Position numbers and translations under genes: made by a program | The notes under the pieces: generated by a model | Database searches by the model: none | What the model was told of the DNA's origin: nothing | The model's input: only the letters and a program-made list of their open reading frames with translations | Assembly (NCBI GenBank): GCA_965603825.1 | Contig: CBFDEM010000053.1 | Coordinates: 186,001-250,000, forward strand | Length of the DNA: 64,000 nt | Source: Blepharisma stoltei ATCC 30299 | Taxonomy: Eukaryota > Protista > Ciliophora | Reading direction: 5' to 3' | Part shown: piece by piece, positions 25,670-36,922 of the stretch | How positions within the stretch are numbered: position 1 is the first letter of the stretch | Layout: every line of letters starts with the position of its first letter

Positions 25670-26389
25670 ATGTCTGAAGAAGATGGATTCAGTGGAATCG
25701 ATGAAAAGCTAAAAGATTTAACTTGGCACAAAATGACCCCTGAAGAGCTATCTTGGGGCCTTGAAACTGACTTAAATGAAGGCTTAACCCAAGAAAAAGC
25801 ACTTAAAAAGCTAAAAATCTTTGGTGAAAATTGTCTATATGACAGAGATGACTCTTTTAAAAGAATTTTCAAGCACGTATTATCCCCTCTAACAATATTC
25901 ATATACATAGCAGCAATTTTTTCTTACTTTGCTTATCGTAAAGGATATGTTAGCTATATACTCTACAGCGTTTTGCCTATAATCGCAATTATCATCTCTA
26001 CCATCACCTTAGTAAGAAATGAGCAATCAAGGTCAGACCTAAAATCTGCTGACGTAAAAATTCCTCAAAAGTGTGCAGTTATAAGGAATGCAAGAGACAT
26101 GGCAATATCAAGATACGAACTAGTTCCTGGAGATATTGTAAAATTTAGAAGTGGGGACACAATTCCTGCTGACTTAAGGATTTTGAGTGCAAATGATTTA
26201 AAAGTTGACATTGAATGCTTCACTGATTGTGAAACAATACTGCCAAGATCAGAAAAGTGCACAAGCCAGAATTTTTTGCAGTCTGAAAATATTGTGTATT
26301 TTGGATCTCTGTGTGCGATGGGGATGGGGAAAGGAGTTGTGGTAGGAACAGGAAAGAATACGCTACTGTTTAGACTGGTGCAGGTTTAA
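25670..26389 (+). CDS. Truncated, divergent P2C-ATPase homologue: N-terminus, TM1-2 and actuator domain only (239 aa)
   Basis: LETDLNEGLT..A..KL...GEN, LVPGDIV, IPADLRI, TGES replaced by TDCE; TAA at 26387-26389 followed by non-coding AT-rich DNA. Confidence 0.75.
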   Translation: MSEEDGFSGIDEKLKDLTWHKMTPEELSWGLETDLNEGLTQEKALKKLKIFGENCLYDRDDSFKRIFKHVLSPLTIFIYIAAIFSYFAYRKGYVSYILYSVLPIIAIIISTITLVRNEQSRSDLKSADVKIPQKCAVIRNARDMAISRYELVPGDIVKFRSGDTIPADLRILSANDLKVDIECFTDCETILPRSEKCTSQNFLQSENIVYFGSLCAMGMGKGVVVGTGKNTLLFRLVQV

Positions 26390-27039
26390 TCTTAAATTAA
26401 TAGTTAGTTATGAAGGTAAATTTGATTTATAAAAAGTGAGTTAAATATTAATTGTATGATTTGAATCAAGCTTTAAGTTGTAATTGGAATAGTATATCTT
26501 CTTAGTACTTCAATATATTGAACTTTGATTATTTTCATGCAGAAAATAGAGAATTCTTATTAGTGGAGAGGGTTTATTCCCAAAAACTGGAAATTATGCC
26601 AATATTTTGTTTAAATTAAGTGTAGAAGTGGTGAGAGAATAGCAAATTTTAAAAAAATCAATCTGTTCTTCAAAAATTGATAGCTCGTTTATTTTCTGAC
26701 TATTAAAATGAGAGATCTGTTTTAGTTTCCAATTGAGGCACCTTTTCAATATGATTTTAATGCACTCACCAAGACCTGCAGCATCATATAATCTAGCTCA
26801 TTCCCAAAACTATTGACACTGGCAGAGCTTTGGAGGCATTTTTATTAATAATTTTAATTTTCAAATATTCTAAAGCTATAAAACTTAAAGTTTTCTTTAT
26901 TTGTCTTTTTATAAATCCATTGCATATTTTAAAATAAATGAGAACTTTCATGTGTAATTCCTTATTGCCAATGCCATAGATAAGTTAAATATTATGGTTC
27001 ATAAAAGCAAATGACATCACATATATTAAACTTATAAAA

Positions 27040-28101
27040 ATGGAAAGACTTCAGATATTGAATAGGCACTTAAGCCCTAAAGTAACATTCGAAGACTTTC
27101 CCAATGCTCGCATTCTTACCTTAAATAGACCAAAAAGCTTAAATTCTTTGGATTATGAAATGCTCCAAACAATCTCGCTATTAGTTGACCAAACACCAAA
27201 TAAGCATTTTGTAATTCAAGGGAGCATTCCTAAGAGTTTTTCAGCAGGCGGAGATGTTGTGGCTACAATTGAAAACCCAAGAATGGTTCCAGAGTTTTAT
27301 AGGACTGAGCTTTCTACCATATATCAAATCTATAAACAATCAACTGAAACTCTTGCGATTTTGCGTGGATTTGCTATTGGGGCAGGAAATGGCGTAGCAA
27401 TGGCATGCAAATATCGAATTAGTACTGAAACAACCCGTTTTTCAATGCCAGAAAATTCAATTGGCCTAGTTCCTGACGTAGGAGCCTCATACTTTTTAAC
27501 TCATCTTCCTAGCAAAGCATTAGGATTATACCTAATGCTAACTGGAAAAGTCTTAAGTGGCAACGATTTATACTGGACAGGTATCGCTACCCACTACGTT
27601 CCAGAAGCAAGCATCCCAAATTTTCTCAATGATATTAAGTCCTCCAACAGCCTTCTCGAAGTTTTGAACAAATATCACCAGCTGCCTACAAGAGAAGATT
27701 CTAATCTTATTAAAAATTTGCATGAGATTGAACAAGTCTTTGGAGATGTGAACACTCTCGAAGAAGTTTTAATGAAACTGAGCTCAAATCCTACGCCATT
27801 CAAAGAGCAAACTTTTGCAGCTATATGCAAATTATGCCCACTTTCAGTAAAAGTGGCATTCAAGTCGTTTAAACTTGGGCTTAGTAAGAATTTTAAAGAA
27901 GCTTTGGAGCATGATTATAATATAGAAGTGCAGCTCTGCTATAGGAGAAGTTATAATTATACAACAGCCATCACGAAAAAATTTGTAGAGAAAGTAAAGG
28001 AAGAAATCAAATGGTACCCAGAGCACATCAACCAAGTCACAGATGAAATGGTGGATACCATCATTCGAAACCCTGAAGGTCCGTTTTTGCATCTCCAATA
28101 A
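27040..28101 (+). CDS. HIBCH: 3-hydroxyisobutyryl-CoA hydrolase (crotonase family) with N-terminal PTS2
   Basis: LNRPKSLNSL, FSAGGDV, FSMPENSIGLVPDVGASYFL, LYLMLTG; RLQILNRHL. Confidence 0.88.
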   Translation: MERLQILNRHLSPKVTFEDFPNARILTLNRPKSLNSLDYEMLQTISLLVDQTPNKHFVIQGSIPKSFSAGGDVVATIENPRMVPEFYRTELSTIYQIYKQSTETLAILRGFAIGAGNGVAMACKYRISTETTRFSMPENSIGLVPDVGASYFLTHLPSKALGLYLMLTGKVLSGNDLYWTGIATHYVPEASIPNFLNDIKSSNSLLEVLNKYHQLPTREDSNLIKNLHEIEQVFGDVNTLEEVLMKLSSNPTPFKEQTFAAICKLCPLSVKVAFKSFKLGLSKNFKEALEHDYNIEVQLCYRRSYNYTTAITKKFVEKVKEEIKWYPEHINQVTDEMVDTIIRNPEGPFLHLQ

Positions 28102-28132
28102 ATATTTTAAAAAAGCATTTTATTATTTAAAA

Positions 28133-29809
28133 ATGGATGTTATAGAAGACATTTCAAAATCTCTTGAAATTGTTGACACCCTATTGGAATTATTGCCGCC
28201 ATTCCAAGCGCGACTCCTTTCCTCCTGTGTCCCATTATCGATATCTTCATTAAACTTGATTAAATCAAAATTAACTGCCCTAAAAGACCTTGAAGATTTT
28301 ACCGAGCTGAATCTGATTTTTCTCAAAGGCCTTATCGAGAAGCTTCTGTTTTATTTAAACGAACTATTAAAAATGATCACAAACTGGGCTAAATCTTTTG
28401 AGGAAGAAGAAGACGAAGATTTATTAATTTTTACCTCAAAATTTGACTCATTTTCTGACATTTTAGACACAATACCTTATGTTTCTAAAAATGATCTCAT
28501 TAGTCTTGAAAAAACTGACCCCAGATGGACTAAACTATCTCCTTACTCATCAATATTTTCTTATTCTAAACCTAAAAAAGTACTAAAACACTATAAAAAC
28601 TTCATGGTCCAAGTAGCAGTAGCCAATGCTTTTATGGCAGTTGGCCTTGAAGAAAAAAGTTTGATAGAGAAGAAAATTATGGTAGGGATTGGTGCTATGT
28701 ATTATTCAGTGTTTAAATCCCAGGCTGTCCGAAGAACTAAAATATTTATAGCAAACCCAAGAATTGACGTCGCACAAAATTTGTGAAATTTAGTTGACTC
28801 ATGGATGGTCTCCCACCTAATGAACTTAATGATGCCAAGTGTAAAAATCAATAAAGTCATGTATATTCCACGCACAGTTTCCCATGTCCTAAGCCAAGAA
28901 AACTATTCTTTAAATGTGAATCAATGTTTTAAAGAAAATAGTGAAGAGGATTTGGTCATGACGAGATTTATATGTAGCTTTGATCCTGTCAGCAAAGAGA
29001 AAGTGGAAGGTATTTTTTGCTGTGCAGGGAGAAGAGATAAAACAGATAGGAAAAGCCATCATTATCAGTTGGTATTTCATATACATGGGGGCGGCTTTGT
29101 AAGCATGTCGTCAGCTTCTCATCAAGTTTATACAAGAAAATGAGCCAAACAGCTAGGAATACCTGTATTTTCTATAGACTATAGACTGGCGCCAAAGAAC
29201 CCTTATCCAGATGCATTGGATGATGTGTGGCAGGCTTATAATTGGGTCATAAACAATGCTAAAGATCAATTAGGAATAAACCCAGCACAAATTATTCTGG
29301 CTGGTGACTCAGCAGGAGGAAATCTTGCACTTGCCCTAACATATAAATGCATTCTTTCAAACTTTCGAATCCCTGATGGACTTCTCTTAGGCTATCCTGC
29401 TTTAAATTTAAGCAAAAAACATTATACTCCTTCAATGCTTTTTTCTCTTGAGGATTTCTTAGTCCCCCACACCTTCCTCAAGCTAGTTAGGAGTTATTAT
29501 ACTGCAGATCCTTCCTTGGACCTAGAAAATGATATTTTTATATCACCAATTGCAGCTTCTCCAGACATCCTTCAGCATCTCCCGCCCATAAGAATTCTTG
29601 TCGGGCAAAATGATCCGTTCCATGATGATTGCTATAGATTTACCGAAAAATTGATTGATGCAGGAAGAGATGTGAAACTAAAAGAATACGAAGGAACGCC
29701 ACATGGAGCTTTTAGCTTCTGCTTTGTAGGCGGAGTGAAAGAAAGCTATGATGTTTTACATCAGTCGATTGAATGACTCAGGGAATTATTTTTAATTAGA
29801 AAAGAGTAA
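28133..29809 (+). CDS. Hormone-sensitive lipase family alpha/beta hydrolase
   Basis: HIHGGGFV, DYRLAP..PYP, GDSAGG, DPFHDD, PHGAF; joined across TGA at 28784, 29141, 29774. Confidence 0.92.
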
Positions 29810-29855
29810 TTAAAGAGGATTTAAGCTTAATGTGTTAATATTATCTAACAAACGA

Positions 29856-31226
29856 TTAAAGCATGCCTATAGTATGCTCAAACTCAGGATGAATTTTCCG
29901 GAAACAGATGTCACATCTTTCTTTGAGTGTCCTTGCTGATTGAGTTTCACTTTTTTTATGCTTTTTGGCAGATGCTGCATGAACTGGCGGCCTCTCTTTT
30001 TTAGCCTCGTTTTTCAAATCAGGAGTTTTATTTATTGAATCATCGGAGTTTTCAGTTAAAAATCTTTTTTCATTTTTGGTGATTGCAATTGTTTTGCATT
30101 TTTGCATTTTTTTTTCAGTCAACTTTAGCTTGCTTTCAATCTGCTCCACAATCCCTGCATTATGAGCGATTTGGTCTTCAATCACCTTTTTTAAATCAGA
30201 ACTTGATTTTTTTTTCTCTTTTGAATGAACAACTGGATTAGCCCTTCTTTCCATGCTGCTCTTCCTTATTACATTTTCAATAGATTTATTATTGGCCTTG
30301 AGGTTTTCTTCTATATTTGAATATCTCTTATGGAGTCTTAAATTGTCTTCTCTTTTGGGTTCCTGCAATTTTTCTTCATCAAGCAAAATTCTGTTTTGGC
30401 GTTTGATATCTCCGAGTTCTTTATTAAGCTTTTTGAAGTAAGACTGGTATTCAGTTTGGAGTTTTGAAATATATTCTTTTGCTCCGTTCAATTCATTTTG
30501 AAGTCTTTCACATTCACTGTTGGATTTTATTTTATTTTTAAGCTCTTCAAGTGACTCTTGGGCTTGTTTTCGTAAATCTCTTTCTAGCTCAAGTGACCTG
30601 GTTAATCTCAAAATTTCTTGAGACTGGCTTTCTTTTTCTTTTAATGTAGCTTCATTCACTTGTGCTTCAAATGAAGTGTTTAGTGATTTTATTTTTTCTT
30701 TCAATTCTGATATGACTGCTTGGTTTTGTGATAATTCATTTTTCAATTTATTTATGATCCCATCCTTCTCATCAAATACAGACTTTAGTCTTTTTTCCCC
30801 ATTTTCTATTTCTACCCTATATATTTCTCTCTCAGATAATATTTCTTTATTGAGAATCTCTATTTCATGAGTTAATTTTTCAATTTCTCCTGAAGACTTT
30901 GCTTCTTTAGTTTTAAGTTCCTTATACTGCAGTTCAATTTCTTGGCGCACATTTTCTTCTTGGCGAAGTTTTTCACTCAGAGAATTAATCTTTATAATGG
31001 CCTCTTCATCAGGCTTTGGGCTTTCTCCTTTTGTGCTGAGAACTTCCTGCTCCATTCCAATGTCGGAGATCTGCAAAAAGGATGATGATTTTTCTGAGCT
31101 TCGATGCTCTGGGACGATATCTGGACGCTTAAATAATCCTTTATGAGACAGGCATTCCCGAAGTCTTAGTTCTAGTGCTTGTTTCCTTTCTTTATTTTTT
31201 TGGGTGAGTTGAAGACTTTCTTTCAT
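29856..31226 (-). CDS. Coiled-coil hypothetical protein (456 aa)
   Basis: Long uninterrupted ORF, E/K-rich heptads. Confidence 0.8.
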   Translation of the reverse strand: MKESLQLTQKNKERKQALELRLRECLSHKGLFKRPDIVPEHRSSEKSSSFLQISDIGMEQEVLSTKGESPKPDEEAIIKINSLSEKLRQEENVRQEIELQYKELKTKEAKSSGEIEKLTHEIEILNKEILSEREIYRVEIENGEKRLKSVFDEKDGIINKLKNELSQNQAVISELKEKIKSLNTSFEAQVNEATLKEKESQSQEILRLTRSLELERDLRKQAQESLEELKNKIKSNSECERLQNELNGAKEYISKLQTEYQSYFKKLNKELGDIKRQNRILLDEEKLQEPKREDNLRLHKRYSNIEENLKANNKSIENVIRKSSMERRANPVVHSKEKKKSSSDLKKVIEDQIAHNAGIVEQIESKLKLTEKKMQKCKTIAITKNEKRFLTENSDDSINKTPDLKNEAKKERPPVHAASAKKHKKSETQSARTLKERCDICFRKIHPEFEHTIGML

Positions 31227-31384
31227 TTTAAGAGGTTATTGAGTATTATCAAATTTTTATTTCTCTCATACGCACTTTTGCTGGCTTAATTTTTAATTAT
31301 TCCTCTAATAGAAAATTTTCTATTGAATCTATGAAGTTGCTGATTTAATAACAGAAATCTCATGAGATATCTTAAAATATTAAA

Positions 31385-33004
31385 ATGGGTGATGAACTCA
31401 TACGTATGGAAAGGGGAGAATTAAGATCAATTCAAAAGGAGTTTGAACTTGACAAATACCTCCTAAAAATAGAATCACTAATAAACGATCTATTTTGAGA
31501 TAGATGATACAGACAACTAACTAAAGCTTTTTGGCACATCAGAGATTTCTCATACGAAGGTCTTCCAGTTGCCTTGCTTTCATGTGATATGGAAGCAAGA
31601 GGGCACGACAAACTAATTGAGTATATCACTTCTTTCAGTTCTAACTCTGAATGCAAAATACTCATATTCCAATCTTACTCAAAAACAACCAAAAAGAAAA
31701 ATGCTTTAAAAGAAGTGACAAACTTAATAAATAGTGAGTTTAGCTACGCTGCGATTTACATAGAAAGCTATGAAGAATGAGACGAGTCGCTTGTGTCCGA
31801 TCTATTTGAAATAGTCCTAGAAAAGAAAAACACAAAACATATAGGATTCATAGTCGACATTTCAACTGACCCACGAGAGTTTGTTTCAAACCTCGATATG
31901 AATGTGTCACAATGCTTATTCATTGAAGAATACAGACTTGGCGCCTTTTCAGCAGTTTCAAAAGAAATACTTTATGAACTTATAAGCACCTATTACCTTC
32001 CACTTCCTGATAGAGAGCTTTTCACTCATTTGCTTTCTACACAAAACGAAGCCTATTTTATCAAAATGATCAAGCAAGCTTTACTGATCCTTCTAAAACA
32101 GCACCCTGAATTTAAAGACTCCTTAGAAGCCTTAATGTCAGATCCTGAAGACAGCATCATTCCTGAAATCCAAACTTTTATAGGGATCAAGAAGCACTGG
32201 CTTGATTTATTTCAAAAACTTTATCTGCTTTATAGCTGTAGTCCTATTGATTTTGGGATAAATAAAACAGATTTATTTATTGATATTTATTTGGCAGAAA
32301 AAATTGACTCAATTAAGTGTGAATATTTAAAAAAAATTAAAATTGATGATTTTCAAGATCTAAATATTTGGTCTGAGTATTTAGCAAATTTAGCTGCAAA
32401 TGGAGTTATTTCTCAAGCAGAGCATACAATTATACTAGAAAGCTATGAAAAAACTCCAGAGATCAGTGGCAGAAGAGGCAGAAATGCAGCTGATGAGCCT
32501 AAATTAGCAAGATGGAGAGAAGCTCATGTTACTTCGACACTTCTGAAAAACACATTTAACCTTTTGAATTATCTTCCATCAGATATCGAGAAGCACATGC
32601 CAGATTTTTCGTCACAATTTATATTATCTATGCCTCGTGATATCGATACTAACATTATGAGGGAAAATATTGGAGAACTAAATGTTCCACAAAAAAATAA
32701 CCTTTGCAGAGGAAACCCTCTAGGCCTCCATGATATGCAAATCCTTTTTTATTTGCTGAAGCCTTGTGAGATTGTGGTTGAATTAAATAATTTATTCAAT
32801 GCATTTGTTACGCAAATCGCTGGAGAAAATGCAACACCGAAAAAAATATCGATTTTGCAGTAATTTCTAATTAGATCGAGATTTATTTTTGCATGTAATG
32901 AATTAAAGATGCTAGGGTTACTTAAATCTACGAAGAAGAAAAGCAAAGCAGGAATGATTTATTTAGAGAAAAACTTTTTTGCAAGATCAACATTATACAA
33001 TTAA
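31385..33004 (+). CDS. ORC3: Origin recognition complex subunit 3-like (divergent), 1 intron
   Basis: C-terminal DMQILFYLL..C...VELNNLFNAF...SRFIFACNELKMLGLLKSTKKK resembles the ORC3 winged helix (D....Y.L..EC..LINL.DW..AF...ARF..A..EL..LG.IK.T..K); N-terminal LPVALL. Confidence 0.65.
32860..32874 (+). other. 15-nt intron
   Basis: gtaatttctaattag; removes TAA and restores the winged-helix tail. Confidence 0.87.
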
Positions 33005-33038
33005 CGAATAAAGTTTAAAATTTTAATGAATAAATTGA

Positions 33039-33115
33039 CAGCTTAAGAAAATTAAAGATAAGATTATTTTATGAATAATTTAATTTATGCAGGCAGCAGC
33101 TTAAGAAAATTAAAG
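33039..33115. repeat. Short direct repeat (19-bp exact, 58-bp period)
   Basis: cagcttaagaaaattaaag at 33039-33057 and 33097-33115. Confidence 0.8.
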
Positions 33116-33790
33116 CATAGATATCATTTACTAATATAGGCTAACTGAGTAAATATAAAAATATAAAAGAAGCTTCGAGTCTCTGCAAATTTTTTAGAAC
33201 CATTAGTTCCGAGCCAAATATATTTGTTTTAAATTTAATGATTAGTAATACTTTAAATTTAAACTATGTTTCTTCAAGCATTTAAGACAATACAATTTAA
33301 TAAAATTTTATCTTTTTCTTAAATAAAGATAATGATTAATAATTCTTATCTTTTAAACGCATTAAGCCTGATATTCTTCCATTTTTGGAGAATAACTAGA
33401 AATAAGACATAGCAAATAAAGCAATATTTCAGCACATCCGTTTTAATATTCAACTCAGAGATAAAATTTTATTTAAATTATCGCAGAATGATGTAGTTTG
33501 CCTTCATAATCTAATTTCATCATTGATTTTTCAATTTAATTTTATTTTTGTTGTGCTAGCAATAGACCACACGCTTTAAATAAATTCATATTAATTTCTC
33601 TCCGATTCTTCTTTAATAAAAAATTATTTTGACCTAAAATTTTGAGAACAATAGAACTTGCATATCTTGATGCCAAGCCTCATCAAAAACCTCTATGGAT
33701 CACTGGGTTTCCTTCTCATTAAGCCTTAATCACATATTTGATGGACCCCATTGATAAATTTGTGAAAGTTGAGTTAAATTTAATAATAAA

Positions 33791-34837
33791 ATGGTTGAAA
33801 AAGACACTATGATTTACAGAAACCTCGGAAACTCTGGACTCAAGGTTTCAGCTATTGGCTTTGGAAATTGGCTCACAGGCCACAACATGGAAATAGAAGA
33901 GGCCCAATTCCAATGCTTCCAAAAGTCAATTGATGCAGGAATCAATTTCTTCGACACTGCAGAAATTTACGGATCTGGAAATGCTGAAACAGTATTCGGA
34001 AACATCCTTAAGAGAGGTGACTGGGACCGTGAAAAGTTAGTCATATCAACCAAGTTTATTAGATGTGGAAACAAGGTCGGGTTGTCTCGCAAAAGGCTGG
34101 TTCAGGGCATGAGAAATTCTCTCAAAAGACTTCAACTAGACTATGTCGATGTCATGTTCTTGCACAGGTATGACCAAGAAGTCCCATTAGAAGAAACCAT
34201 CAGAGCAGTCAATCACTTGATTGAAAAAGGAAAAGCTGACTATTGGGGAACTTCTGAGTTCACAGCTCAAGAAATCCAAGAGTGCCACAAGATCTGCGAG
34301 AAATACGGATTCATCGCCCCAGTTGCAGACCAATGCCAATATAACTTAATTGTAAGAGATAAGGTCGAAGTTGAGTTCGTCCCTCTCTATGAGAAATACG
34401 GAATGGGGACAACAATTTGGAGTCCTCTAATGGGAGGAATTTTGTCAGGAAAATACAACAACTTGGAGTTCCCTGAAGGAAGCAGACTGGCTGACCCTAG
34501 CTTGACCCCAATGATGAAGAAAATCTATGAGGGCTACTTTTTGCCTGAAAACAGAGAAAAGACTGGGAAAATGTTGAATGGTCTTGGAGCAATTGCTGCA
34601 GAGTTAGGATGTTCACAATCACAATTGGCACTGGCTTGGTGTGTGAAGAACAACGATGTAAGCACTGCAATTTTCGGAGCAACAAGACCTGCACAAGTTG
34701 AAGACAATGTTGGAGCAATTGATCTCTTATCAAGATTGACTCCTGAACTTTTGGCAAGGATTGAAGAGCTTTTTGGAACTAGACCAACCCCTCCTATCAA
34801 CTGGAGAAACTGGACACCACTGCCTGCAAGAAGATAA
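33791..34837 (+). CDS. Aldo-keto reductase, voltage-gated K+ channel beta-subunit (AKR6)-like
   Basis: YRNLGNSGLKVS, FDTAEIYG, SLKRLQLDYVD, YWGTSE, WSPL.GG.L.GKY, QLALAW. Confidence 0.93.
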   Translation: MVEKDTMIYRNLGNSGLKVSAIGFGNWLTGHNMEIEEAQFQCFQKSIDAGINFFDTAEIYGSGNAETVFGNILKRGDWDREKLVISTKFIRCGNKVGLSRKRLVQGMRNSLKRLQLDYVDVMFLHRYDQEVPLEETIRAVNHLIEKGKADYWGTSEFTAQEIQECHKICEKYGFIAPVADQCQYNLIVRDKVEVEFVPLYEKYGMGTTIWSPLMGGILSGKYNNLEFPEGSRLADPSLTPMMKKIYEGYFLPENREKTGKMLNGLGAIAAELGCSQSQLALAWCVKNNDVSTAIFGATRPAQVEDNVGAIDLLSRLTPELLARIEELFGTRPTPPINWRNWTPLPARR

Positions 34838-34903
34838 ATAATTCGTCCTTTGGTTTTAATGCTCTTAAATAGCTAATTCCTCTAATAAATCAAAAAATAT
34901 AAA

Positions 34904-36832
34904 TTATTGTATTATTTCACTAACTATTTCTATCAAGTTTTCGAACATCGGAAACTCTTTCAAGTATTGCTTCCACTTCAGAGCATGCAGGGCAATTTCT
35001 GCTGGGTACATTGCTTCATATTCAATTTCACCATTTGCAGCTTTTTCCACGATTCTTTGATACTCCTTTTCTGCCTTTTCTAGGTCCTTATCAACCCCAA
35101 TTCCATACTCTAGCATATAAGCTTTGTTAAACTCTGCTTCAGGAATATTCATTGCTTTTTCATAAAATTTATAAGCCTCTTCATAGTTCGGCACAATATT
35201 TTGGCTTCCATAATAGCTTAAATCACCTAACCGATAAAATGCCCAGGGTGATTGATGCATTTGTGCAGCCTGAGTATAATAACTGGCTGCACAATAAGTT
35301 TTGTCATATTTACAGTGTAGAGGAACTAGATCCTTTTCCCACATATAGCCTAAGCTCAACTGGGCATTTTCAAATCCTAAAGCAGCTCCTAACATATATG
35401 TAAGATAAGCTCCTTCGATGTCTCCAGACTTATAAAAGGTATAAGCGCGAAGAATTATTTGAGCAAGTTCACCTTTTTCTCTGACTTTCTGGAATAGTTC
35501 TAAAGCAAGTTGGCAATTTCTTTGAACGCCCAGGCCTTTGAAATACATAACACCTAGATTGAATAAAGCAGGAGCATGCCCAAAGCTAGCAGCTGCTTGG
35601 AAATATTGCCCAGCAGTTATATAGTCTTTTTTGACTCCTTCTCCATTCATATAAAGCACTCCAATGCTATTCAAGCTATCTAAATTTCCTAGCTTCGCAG
35701 CGCTTTCGAAATATTCCAAGGCTTTTTTGATGTCTTTTTCAACCCCATTTCCAGTCAAATGCATCATTCCCAATGTATGCAGTGCCTGTGAAGATCCAAG
35801 AGAAATTGCTTTTTCCAGATATTCAATAGCTTTTTGTGTATCTTTTTTCACCTTATTTCCTTGAGAATAAACCATGCCTAGATTTTCTAAAGCTTGCACA
35901 TTATTTTGTTCAGCAGCTTTTTCATAATAATGAATAGCCTGATCGATATTCCTTTCAATCCCAATTTGAGGATTTCCATATAGGAAATGGTTTCCTAAGG
36001 ATGCATAGCCTTGATAATTGTTTGATTCATCATACCTTTTGTTAGCCAGCATCAAAGCTCTTTCTGTGTCTTTTCCAAATATATTTTGCTCTTCTTTGTC
36101 AAGTCTACCTATAGTTCTTTCTTCTATGTAATTTTTATCAATATAGGATAAAGTCTCACTGGCAACGGCTAGAGCGTAGTTTCCAATTTCTTCACATGAA
36201 CCTCCACATCGGCGATCATTGAAAATTGGGGAGGAATAAAAAGGAAAGGTTATATTTTCTTTGAGAAATGAAGGGGCTGAAGTTTGTCGGGAATTTAAAC
36301 ATTGCTTGTGAGAAGCTGCTAGAGCTGCACGGACTAAGTGAGAGCCTCTTTCTAAACCCTTGAGGTAAAGGCTTGTGATTACATTGCGGATATCAACTGT
36401 CTCAGGGAGGTATTTATCAAAGTCTTCGACGAGTAAAGTTTGCTGAAGTAAAAAAGCTAGGAAAAAGGCTGAATCTGCACTGCCTTTTTGGTTTGCTTTT
36501 TTGAAGTATGAAATCGCCTTTTTTAAATCTCGCTTGAAGTACCCTGACTCGTTTAATATGGTAGGTGAGATGGCAGGGTTATCAGAAGATATAGGATACC
36601 CGAATAGTCATATTTCACCTAATTTTGTCATGGCATCAACATTATTGCTCTCAGCAGATTTCTCGAGAAGCTCAAGCACATAGGTCAAGTTGGTAGATTG
36701 AGAAGAATAATTCTCAAGGATGCCAGTAGCTGTTTCATAGAAGGTATCCGTGTATCCTACTGTTCGTGGAATTTCTATATTCCAGCTATAAGTGCCTAAA
36801 ATTAAAGCTAAGCAAAAAAGAACACGCGTCAT
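34904..36832 (-). CDS. Signal-peptide Sel1-repeat protein (SEL1L/Hrd3-like, 642 aa)
   Basis: Signal peptide MTRVLFCLALILG; one TGA at 36608; repeated A...LG.MY..G.GV.KD...A..Y...AA. Confidence 0.88.
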
Positions 36833-36922
36833 TTTTATATATTAATTAGAATATGATTTAATATGGAAAAAAATCCCAAAAAAAATTAATAAGACGGGAT
36901 ATAGTTTTTTATTTACAGCATA

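Noticed and set aside
26700-26840. Possible continuation of the truncated ATPase or a small gene
   Set aside because: No ATPase motif recognised and stops in the frames examined
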